A DNA stretch of 64,000 nt, from the NCBI RefSeq assembly GCF_028641065.1, contig NC_073394.1:20150001-20214000 (forward strand). The letters run 5' to 3'. The DNA comes from Leucoraja erinacea. Lineage: Eukaryota. Shown here in pieces: positions 37,901 through 49,900 of this stretch. Position 1 is the first letter of the stretch, and every line of letters begins with the position of its first letter. The notes beneath the pieces were generated by a model, which saw only the letters and a program-made list of their open reading frames with translations, was not told where the DNA came from and ran no database searches. The position numbers and the translations under genes were made by a program.

Positions 37901-40900
37901 ACATTTAAGCAATGATTTACAGATGTTTAAGTGTCTCCCCGGTCTCCGGGGAGGAGGCAGCCGCTACAGTAGTACAGCCCTGGGTTGACCGTGGGTCGTT
38001 TCGGGTCAAGTTTGGCGCCAAACGCGAGCTTTGGTGCGCAGACGACATCTGGAAAAAATGGCCGGTTTTCGGCGTTTTTCGGTTTCCGGAACACCGGATA
38101 AAAGGTTGTGCACCTGTACCATCAAAATCCCCATCAAGTTTGTCCCATTGGCCCACATTTGGTCCTTATCTCTCTGACCCTTTCCCATGCAAGTATTTGT
38201 CCAAAGATCTGTTAAATGTTATTATATCTACATCAGCTACCTCCTCGTACAGCTCATTCCATACAGCCACCACCCTATGAATAAAAAAGTTGCCCCTCAG
38301 GATCCTATTAAATCTTTCCCTCTCACCTTAAACTATGGTGTGCACTGGTTCTTGATTTCCTACCCTGGGTAAAAGACTTTGAACATTCACCCTTTCAATT
38401 AGCCTCGGGATTTTCTACACCGCTATAAGCTGAAGATAAAACAAGTATGATTTTTTTTTTTTTTTAAATAGTTTGATAAAGGCTTTTTAAACTGAGTATT
38501 TTTATAAAACAATTATGCTAACCCAAACTTCTTTCTGTTAAATCTGTCCATGAACCTTTTTCTGCTAAATACATCTGTAACTATAATTATCTTCTCAAAG
38601 TGTTGAGTATTTATAACTTCAATAACTTTTTTGATAATTGCATCTCTTAAGGGCTAATTGTACTTTTACTTTTATAAACTGTAAGTTTCACATCCTAAGT
38701 AAATCATTTTCTTCTCTTCTCTTTATTTCTTGTTACCTTTTATCAATGGCTTTTAAATTCTCCCATGTGGAAAAAAATTTCCTCTTGGTCACTTCCGAGT
38801 CTTTTCCCAAACATGTTCAGGCTTTTAAATGTAGATGTGAGCGGTTCGTTCTGTACCATCTTCATCAGTTCATAAGTTATAGGAGCAGAATTACGCCATT
38901 CTGCCCGTTGAGTCTACTCTGCCATTCAATCAATCATGACTGAGCTAGCGCTGAACCTCTCAACCCCATTCCACCTCAACCCCATTCAACTGCCTTCTCT
39001 CCATAACCTTTAATGTCTTTACTAATCAAGAACCTGTCAATCTCCACTAAAAATACCCAATGACTTGGCCTACACTGCCATCTGTGGCAATGAATTCCAT
39101 AGATTTACCACCCTCTGTCTAAAGAAATTCCTCCTCATCTCTTTTCTAAAGGTACGTCTTGTAATCTTGTCATTTTTTTTGCACTTTTGTATTACAGAAG
39201 CAGAAATTCATCTGTCCAAAAGCTCAATAGTTGGAAGCATCATTGGAAGTGTAATTTTTTCTGTAATGCTGTTAGCAGCTGGAATTTACCTGTACATGCG
39301 GTACATTTATAAAGGTAATGCTTTTCTACTGTGGATTAATTTATAGAAAACGATTCAAAGAATCATAAGTTATTTGGCTGGGGTACAATTAAATATTTTT
39401 GCCTTCAGCCCACCGAGTTCATGCCAACCATCGATCATCTGTTCACACTAGTTCTATGTTATCCCACTTTCTCAATCACTCCCTACACGCTAGAGCCAAT
39501 TTTAAGAGGACAAATAACCCAAAAACCCGCACGCCTTTGGGATGTGGGAGGAAACCGCAGCACCTGGAGAAAACCCACGCTGTCGCAGAGAGACCGTGTA
39601 AACTCCACACAGACAGTCCCGAGGTTAGGATCAACCCCGGGGTTCTGGCGCTGTGAGGCAGCAGCTCTACACACTGCACCACTGTGCCAACCTAATTGTA
39701 TAATTTTCTAGTTAACCTGTGCTGTACAAACTTGTGACAATTTTGGCATTGCCAACTATACTGTAAATGATTAGTCTACTAACTATAAATAATCAATGAT
39801 ATTGTTGGTTAAGTTTGGTCCCACATACCGTATTTTGCAGATATTTGTTAATGATTATTTAAATTGATGTTCTTATTCCATTTCAAGTCCATTGCTCTGT
39901 GAAAGTGGTAACACAAGTAGATGGAGTGGTAACAAAGGCATAGGAAATGCTTGCCTTCACTGGTCGGGGCATGGCGTATAAGAGTCAGGATTTATAGGAC
40001 TTTGGTTAGGCCACATTTAGAGCATTGCATGTGATTCTGATTGCCTATTACAGGAAGGATGTGGAGGCTTAGGCAAGGGTGCAGAAAAGGTTCACCAAAA
40101 AAATGCCTGGATTAGAAACATAGAAACATAGAAATTAGGTGCAGGAGTAGGCTGATCATCCAACTCAGTATCCTGTACCTGCCTTCTCTCCATACCCCCT
40201 GATCCCCTTAGCCACAAGGGCCACATCTAACTCCCTCTTAAATATAGCCAATGAAGTGGCCTCAACTACCCTCTGTGGCAGAGAGTTCCAGAGATTCACC
40301 ACTCTCTGCGTGAAAAAAAGTTCTTCTCATCTCGGTTTTAAAGGATTTCCCCTTTATCCTTAAGCTGTGACCCCTTGTCCTGGACTTCCCTAACATCGGG
40401 AACAATCTTCCTGCATCTAGCCTGTCCAACCCCTTAAGAATTTTGTAAGTTTCTATAAGATCCCCTCTCAATCTTCTAAATTCTAGAGAGTATAAACCAA
40501 GTCTATCCAGTCTTTCTTCATAAGACAGTCCTGACATCCCAGGAATCAGTCTGGTGAACCGTCTCTGCACTCCCTCTATGGCAATAATGTCCTTCCTCAG
40601 ATTTGGAGACCAAAACTGTACGCAATACTCCAGGTGTGGTCTCACCAAGACCCTGTACAACTGCAGTAGAACCTCTCTGCTCCTATACTCAAATCCTTTT
40701 GCAATGAAAGCTAACATACCATTCGCTTTCTTTACTGCCTGCTGCACCTGCATGCCTACCTTCAATGACTGGTGTACCATGACACCCAGGTCTCGCTCCC
40801 TTTCCCAATCGGCCACCATTTAGATAATAGTCTGCTTTCCTGTTTTTGCCACCAAAATGGATAACCTCACATTTATCCACATTATACTGCATCTGCCAAA

Positions 40901-43900
40901 CATTTGCCCACTCACCCAGCCTATCCAAGTCACCCTGCAGTCTCCTAGCATCCTCCTCACAGCTAACACTGCCCCCCAGCTTAGTGTCATCCGCAAACTT
41001 GGAGATATTGCCTTCAATTCCCTCATCCAGATCATTAATATATATTGTAAATAGCTGGGGTCCCAGTACTGAGCCTTGGGGTACCCCACTAGTCACTGCC
41101 TGCCATTGTGAAAAGGACCCGTTTACTCCTACTCTTTGCTTCCTGTTTGCCAGCCAGTTCTCTATCCACATCAATACTGAACCCCCAATGCCTTGTGCTT
41201 TAAGTTTGTATACTAATCTCTTATGTGGGACCTTGTCGAAAGCCTTCTGGAAGTCCAGATACACCACATCCACTGGTTCTCCCCTATCCACGCTACTAGT
41301 TACATCCTCGAAAAATTCTATAAGATTCGTCAGACATGATTTACCTTTCGTAAATCCATGCTGACTTTGTCCAATGATTTCACCACTTTCCAAATGTGCT
41401 GCTATCCCATCTTTAATAACTGACTCTAGCAGTTTCCCCACTACCGATGTTAGACTAACTGGTCTGTAATTCCCCATTTTCTCTCTCCCTCCCTTCTTAA
41501 AAAGTGGGGTTACGTTTGCTACCCGCCAATCTTCAGGAACTACTCCAGAATCTAAAGAGTTTTGAAAGATTATTACTGATGCATCCACTATTTCTGGAGC
41601 TACTTCCTTAAGTACTCTGGGATGCAGCCTATCTGGCCCTGGGGATTTATCGGCCTTTAATCCATTCAATTTACCCAACACCACTTCCCGGCTAACCTGG
41701 ATTTCACTCAAATCCTCCAACTCCTTTGACCCGCGGTCCCCTGCTATTTCCGGCAAATTATTTATGTCTTCCTTAGTGAAGACGGAACCAAAGTAGTTAT
41801 TCAATTGGTCCGCCATATCCTTGTTCCCCATGATCAACTCCCCTGTTTCTGACTGCAAGGGACCTACATTTGTTTTAACTAATCTCTTTCTTTTCACATA
41901 TCTATAAAAACTTTTGCAGTCAGTTTTTATGTTCCCTGCCAGTTTTCTTTCATAGTCTATTTTTCCTTTCCTAATTAAGCCCTTTGTCCTCCTCTGCTGG
42001 TCTTTGAATTTCTCCCAGTCCTCCGGTATGCTGCTTTTTCTGGCTAATTTGTACGCATCATCCTTCGCTTTGATACTATCCCTGATTTCCCTTGTTATCC
42101 ATGGATGTACTACCTTCCCTGATTTATTCTTTTGCCAAACTGGGATGAACAATTTTTGTAGTTCATCCATGCAGTCTTTAAATGTCTTCCATTGCATATC
42201 CACCGTCAACCCTTTTAGAATTAATTGCCAGTCAATCTTGGCCAATTCACGTCTCATACCCTCAAAGTTACCTTTCTTTAAGTTCAGAACCATTGTTTCT
42301 GAATTAACAATGTCACTCTCCATCCTAATGAAGAACTCAACCATATTATGGTCACTCTTGCCCAAGGGGGCACGTACAACAAGATTGCTAACTAACCCTT
42401 CCTCATTACTCAATACCCAGTCTAAAATAGCCTGCTCTCTCGTTGGTTCCTCTACATGTTGATTTAGATAACTATCCCGCATACATTCCAAGAAATCCTC
42501 TTCCTCAGCACCCCTGCCAATTTGATTAGAGGGTTTTAGCTGCAATGAGAGATGGGATAGACTTGGTTTTCTCTAGAATCACCAGAAGATACGGGAGACC
42601 GGATAGAGGTATAAAAAATTATAGAAAGGAGAGACAGTTGGAACCTTTTTCCCTGGATGGAAATGTCAAAGACTAGAGGGCAGAGATTTAAGGTGAAAGG
42701 GGCAAAGTTTTAAATATATATGCGGGGCCAGTTTATTTTACACCGTTTATTATGGGTACCTGGAACCCGCTGCCAGGGATGGTGGTGGAGGCAGAACCGA
42801 TCATTTTAATTTTAGAGATTTTTAGATAGGCACATAGACATGCAGTGAATGGAAGGATATGGATCATGTGCAAGCAGAGGAGATTAGTTTAACAACATTA
42901 TGATGGGCACAGACTTTGTGGGTCAAAGGCCTGTTCCTGTGCTATGCTGTTCTATGACTATGTATTGGTTTAATTTGATATTCATCAGTCAGAAATGCTG
43001 ATACCTCTTATATAAGAATTAATATCCTCCATGCACTTAGTGCCATGAAATTGTAGGTGCAGTTTGATACAAATGTTTGTATTCATTAAACATTGTCTTC
43101 TAACTTCAGAATGACAGGCAGTGACTAGTGTGGTACCGCAAGGAATTTTCAGGAAAAGTCAAAGCTAATTTGCACAAATGCACTGAGTCTTTGGCCCAGA
43201 GTAGGGGAATTGAGAAACAAGAGGACATAGTATTAAGGTGAGGGGGGAAAGATTTAATAGGGACCTGAGGGGAAAAATCTTTGCACAGAGAGCTGCCAGA
43301 GAAGGTAGTTGAAGCAGGTATTACGACAATGTTTAAGAAACATTTAGAGAGGTACATGGATAGGTTTAGAAGGATATGGGCAAAAAGCAGGCAGGTGGGA
43401 CTAGTGTAGATGGGGCATGTTGATTGGTGTGGGCAAGTTGGGCCGAAGCGCCGGTTTCCTACGCTGACTATGACTCCATATTTGGAATAATCCATCTTTA
43501 AATTTCTAATTTTCCTTCATTTATTCTCAGTTCCACCCAATGTATGCGATCTTCAGATGCCTGCTCGATTTATCCATCAACAAACTGCAGAGATTACATG
43601 CCACGTGTCTGGATTTCGACCTGATGTCATTTCTGTTGGCTGGTATTTGAGGAGAATGAATGATGCTGAAGAGTCCTTCATTGGTGAAAGCAAAAGGAAC
43701 CAGGAGATTATAAGGTTTAGCAAAGCAAAGGAGATAACAGAAATAGGAAAGGAGAATGCAACTGACGTTAATTGGAAAGTCAGACAAAGTAATTTTGTCG
43801 TACATGATGATGGAACACAGAGCTTGTCCAGCACTCTTGAGATTTATCCTGACTTAATGGAGGACAATAAAGCAGAAATCATATGTAGAGTGTCGTATCC

Positions 43901-46900
43901 AACTGGAACTCAGGAGAAACGCACCTGTTTACAAGTTGATGCAAGTAAGCATTTTACAGATATGAAGTAATTGCGTAGAAACAAGAAACTGCAATTGCTG
44001 GTTACAAAAAAGAATGACATAAAGTACTAGACTAACTCAGCGGGCTGGGCAGTATTTCTGATGTTTAGAGTATGGACCCTTCTTCCATCAGGAAACTTTC
44101 TGACCCAAAACAAATGAAGAAGTGTTCCGATCTGAAACGTTTCCTACCCATTTTGGTAAAAGGGTCCCGACCAGAAAGGTTGGAAGGGTTCCATCCTGAA
44201 ACAACACCTATACTTGGCTGAAGAGGGGATCCGTCCCGAAATATTATTTATCCATGTTCTCCAAAGATGCTGCCTGACCCGCTGAGTTATTCCAGCACTT
44301 TGTCTCCGTTTGTTTTAAGTCAGTGTCGGGAGACTACAGTATTCTTCTTCAATTTATCCAAGTTGTGGATCACCCATATGGTTTCTTGATTCATTAATTT
44401 CTGATGGTATGTCCTAGAATTTACAGTCTTTAAATTTATAGAACGGAGGTCCTTTACTTTTCACAGAGTTTGTGATTATTCACTGTGAACAGCAAACTAT
44501 GCAAAAAACATTTGGAAAATGCTACTTTCACAGTTAAAGTGATGCATCGTTGAGTTATGTAATAGTTCTGCATTATTTGCCTTCGTCTTATAGATGGTTT
44601 GGTTTTAAGTATATCCACTGCAATAAGATAATTTATTTAAAAGCTTTCTTTAGGGGCAATTGTAGTGAATAGTTACTGGTATGGATTCAAAGATGTGGGA
44701 CTAAAAGATGTGACAAAGAAAAACAGAAGGCACCTTCAGTTTAAATACTTCAGTATTTAAAAATGCACCTGGGATCACTTCTGTAGTGTCCGGAGGACTG
44801 GGGAGGAATTGTAGCAGTGTACTGGAAAGGATTTGTGGACTGGGAATCCCCATGAAAAATTGTTGTTGGGACAAGATCAGTTTGAAACTGTTAAACACTG
44901 AGATTAATATATTTGTGTTAGGATATTTACATGGATGGCATCTTTTACAATTTTTGGGAAACTCCACAGCATTTTACAGGCAGGGAAAAACTTTTGAGAT
45001 ATAGTTATAAAGTTGGAAACAGTTTATGGCAAGAAGGTACATTAATGGAGATAAGATATAATTAAATCCAAAAACTGGTTAATGTTGGGATTTCCTTGTT
45101 TGCTGAATGGCGGATCTTATGCCCAAATTCCCGACTGCCTTTGATAAGATTACCCTTCTCTAAATTTGCTTTGAAACAGCACTATCGAGTCTGAAAATTA
45201 CTGCAAGTGAATGAGAAATTAAGGATACAGCATGAGTATCGGAAGAAAATGAGATAGGGAGTAGATAGGTTTAGGCTTATTGTCAGGTGTACCGAGGTAC
45301 AGTGAAAAGCTTTGTTTTGCATGCTGTCCAATCAGTTCATATAATACTGCACATAAATACAATCAATTCAAACTCAAGTACAATAGGTAGAGCAAAGGGG
45401 ATGATACAGAGTGCAGAATATAGTTCTCTGCATTGTAGCGCATCTGTTCCATAGACAAAGTTCAATGTCCGTTATGGAATAGAGGTGAATCGGACAGTAT
45501 CCTAACTTGTGGAAGAACCATTCTGAAGCCTGATAACAGAGGGGTAGAAGCTGTTCCTGAGTCTGGTGGTGTGTGCTTTCAAGCTTCTGTACCTTGAGAA
45601 GAAGGAATGACCTGCATGGGACAAGTCTTTGATTATGTCAGCTGCTTTCCTGAGTCAGCATGAAGTGCAGATGGAGACACTGGTGGGTAATCTGGTTTGT
45701 GTGATGGACTGGGCTGCAGCTACAGAAATTAAAATGTTACAAGCCTAATATGCGCAAGTTTATTTTTGAATTGTAAATGACCATTGCATTTTGTCACTGC
45801 TATGCGATAGACACACAGCATCTTTTCCTTAAGATTGCAAATGTTAAGCTGATTTTACTTTGTGTTTTTCTCCTTAGTTGCTCCTAAGTTGGGGAACATA
45901 ATCGCACCTCCTGTTGTGCGTCACAACACTTCAGTGATGCTGACTTGTCCAATAAGCTTTTTCACGCCACGTCAGTTAACAATCAGTTGGTATGAAAGAA
46001 TAAATGGGGTAAAATCTCTTTTGCTGGACCACACTGAGGAAAATGAGGCAAAAAACACGGTGGGCCGGTATTCCCATTGTCTGCGTGAGTTTACCTATCC
46101 AGACCACACTTACAGCGTCTACAGCATGCTCACTTTCATTGCATCAATTCAAGAAAATGATGGAAAAGAATATTTATGTGAAGTGAATCACGTTAGCTTG
46201 AAACACCAAGCCGAGAAATGGGTTAAGCTGGAAGTGAAAGGTAACTCAAACTTAAAGTCTTTGATTGCGCATTCACCATCAAACGTGTAATTGTCGTAGC
46301 TTTGTTGACATTATTATGATATATTTCAGTCAGAGGCATTAAAATGGCCTTCCACCATTCATGGGGTAGAAGGCAGGAGAATGGAGTTGAGAGGGAAAGA
46401 CAGATCAGCCATGATTGAATGGTGGAGTAGACTCGATGGGCCAAATGGCCCAATTCTGCTCCTATGACTTTATACCCACCACCCTCAGTGTGGAAATGTC
46501 ATCCCTCAGCTTCCCATTAAATCTTTCCCCTCTCACCTTAAACCTATGTCCTCAGCTTCATACACACCTCGAGGGCCTTTCTCCACCTCCCCCAGTCCTC
46601 GGCGACCACTTCTCAGTCAGCAGCACCAATGTTTTAACATCATGACTATATTTTGTGTTTACAAATGTAGTAAAATTCTATTTTCTGATTTGCAGCATTT
46701 CCTACACTTGATACCATCCGGAGCGAACCAGTGAATCCAGAAATTGACAAAGAAATGACTCTCTCCTGCAAAGTGCACTCGTTTTATCCTAAAGAGATTT
46801 CTGTCTTATGGTTCAAAGATAAGAAAGCCATAAAAGGGAATGACACATCTGAATTGATCGAGAATCCGGAGAAGTTGTATGAAATCACCACGACTTGCAC

Positions 46901-49900
46901 CACAATTCCAACGTTATCAGACAAAAAGAGTAAATATCATTGCTTGGTCACACATGAGAGCCTTCCCAAGCCAAAGTTTGCGGAATATGTTCCCGAGAAT
47001 TTAGGTATGCTTCCTCTCCTTTCAAAGATTGTTTCTGCTATTTAGACAATAAGGACATTATTAAATTGTGTTCTAATTTCATTGTATTATCTTGTCAGCT
47101 TTCCGTCATATCATAACCTTTACCTGTACATTTACTTCTAGTTGGCAAAAACATTGAGTTTAAATGTTGTAATTCCTCATGCTGGAGAACTTAGAACAGT
47201 ATTCAGTATTCACTTTATTGTCATTTCACTAAGTACTTGCATACACAGAAGAAACAAAAAATTGTTTCTCATCAGTTTTGTCATCAGTGCAATTAATAAA
47301 AACAGAAAAAATACTTACAAGTTTAAAAATGATCATCTCTAAAATAGAACTAAAACAAACATTCAGACAGAACCATCGATCCCAAACATAGGAACAATTT
47401 AAAGTGCTGTTCAGTGGCTTCACCCTGACAGGTGACTAGCTGGGGGGGGGGGGTAGGGGTGGGTGTGTGTATGGGGAGGGGACACAGTTTCATACATTCA
47501 ATATAGAGCAGTATAGTGTGTAGGAAGGAACTGCAGATGCTGGTTTATAACGAAGATAGACACAAAATGTTGGAATAACTTAGCAGATCAAGCAGCATCA
47601 CTGAAGAAAAAGAATAGGTGACGTTTCAGGTCCGACGAAGAGTTCCGACCCGGAACGTCACCTATTCATTTTCTCCAGAGATCCTGATCTGCTGAGTTAT
47701 TGCTTTAGAACAGTTCAGCACAGCAACAGGACCTTCGGCCCACAATGTCAGTGCCAAAGTTTAGTCGTTTAAAGGTACAGCATGGAAACAGGCCCTTTGG
47801 CCCACCAAGTCCGCGCCAACCAGCGATCACCCCCATAAACTAACACTATCCTACACACAGGGGACAATTTACAATTTACAGAAGACATTTAACGTGCAAA
47901 CCTTTACGTCTTTGGATAGTGTGAGGAAATGGAGCACCCATTTTGCCCCCGCTCACAGACCTATGTCCTGTGGATCTTGATTTCCCTACCCTAGCTAGAC
48001 GACTGTGCATTTACCCTATCTATTCCTCTCATGATCTTATACACCTCTATAAGATCGCCCGTCAACCTCATGTACTCCAAGGAATAAAGTCCTAGCCTGC
48101 CCAACCTCTCTCTATAGCTCAGGCCCTCGTGTCCTAGGCTATAATCTTCTTCGTATATACTCTTCGTAAATCTTCTCCGCACCCTTTCCAGCTTTCCAAT
48201 TGTTATTTCTAGTCAACTTACAAACACTGATTACATCCTCATTGTACAAAACCTTTTCTGGAACATTACCTAAAACAATGTTTTAAGATGCATTTCAGCT
48301 TTTCTTATTCCTCTTTCTTACAGTATCTTCTCCCAAAGTAAAAAAGATTACTTGTGATCCTCCGAATCCTGAAGTCGGGAAGACATTGACTTTGTCCTGT
48401 GAAATAATGGACTTTTATCCAGCGAGTATTCAAATTGACTGGTTTAGGGATGAAGTGAGAATAAATGAAGATTCAAAATATGGAATCGCTAACGAAGAAT
48501 TGATGAATGAACGCAGTCTCTGCAGCAAAGTCACCAAATTAACCTTGAGTCCAAGCACTGATGATCATCAACATCAATACATGGTTGAAGTTTATCATTC
48601 AAAATCTTCCACCAAACCTCAGAAGCAATGCTTCCGGTTACTTCTTAAAGGTGAGTTAAGGTTCTCTTTATCAAGCTGTGGTAAAATGAATTCCAGCTGT
48701 TATTTGGAAATCATAATCAGCAAGAGCAGATTCTAAGACCTGAAAAAGTTAATTGAGAGTTATTTGAGTGCAATAACATCATACTGGTAACACAGAAAAC
48801 GGCCCTTATGGTGTTTTGTTCCCATAATAGATTTTGTTTTTCTTTCCTCATAAATTGCATGAGAGCAAATTTTATTTCATTTTAACGATTTTGGGTAGTG
48901 ATTTATGAATTTTGTAAAGGTGAATTACAGAATTCACACAAAAGGCTGTAACGTGGGACTTTGCTGTAATTTTCTAATATTGTATTTTTAAAATATCTAT
49001 TGTTTTGAAAAGGAATAATTCAATTTTTGGGCAGTACAGTGGCATAGCTGCTAGAGCTGCTGCCTCACAGGGCCAGAGACCCAGCTTTAATCCTGACCTC
49101 GGGTACTGGCTGCGTGTGGAGTTTGCAGGTTCTCTGTGACTGTCGATTTTGTATGGGTGCCCCTTTTTCTTGGTTGTGCAGAGAGGGCAGTGTGTTTCAT
49201 TCTGCACATAGGTCTCACCAATGCTTTTTTAGATACAAAAGGGTTCTGGTACACATATTGCTTCTTGCTTTTGGTGTCGAAAGCAGATTATCGTCCTATA
49301 TGCTGATTAAGAGCCTGACCGACTAATGATATTAATTTGATTCTTTTAACATTTGTAATTTTTTTGTAATATTAAAAATGTTAAAATGTAGTTTTTAACT
49401 CTTTAGAGGAGCTGGTAGGCCATGCTGTACGTAGAGAAATGCGGGCCAACAGGACTAGCCGAAGGGCCTGTTTCCATGCTGTACAGCACTTTGACTATGA
49501 TTAAATGGTGGAGGAGTGACAACTTTGTAAAATGACTGTGAATATTTATCCACTTTATCCATGCCCCCTCGTCATCTTGTACTGTTACAGATCTCCGCAT
49601 TGCTTCCTGATTTCTTGGATCCAGGAAACAATGTTTCCCCTTCAACAAGGAGCTTTTATTATATATTCACAGTTTACAAAGTATTGCGTCATTGTAACAC
49701 TGACCATCAGATTACGATATCATCAGCCCTATCCACGATGCACTCGAGCCTCCCATGACCTTGGCAGCTAGTGACAGCTCGGTGGATGTAGAGTACCTTT
49801 AAATTTGTCTGAAATATGTAACGGTTATAAAAAGACTTTAAATATATGCGTAAACAAATATTAACACATTAAAACTCTAACAAATAATTAACACTAAAAT

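Noticed and set aside
40846-41364. Plus-strand ORFs of 150-170 aa here and at 27237-27758 and 42004-42462
   Set aside because: Antisense shadows of CR1 or Penelope coding sequence
46111-46135. ITIM-like SVYSML
   Set aside because: Falls in the predicted E strand of a folded Ig domain, so probably structural
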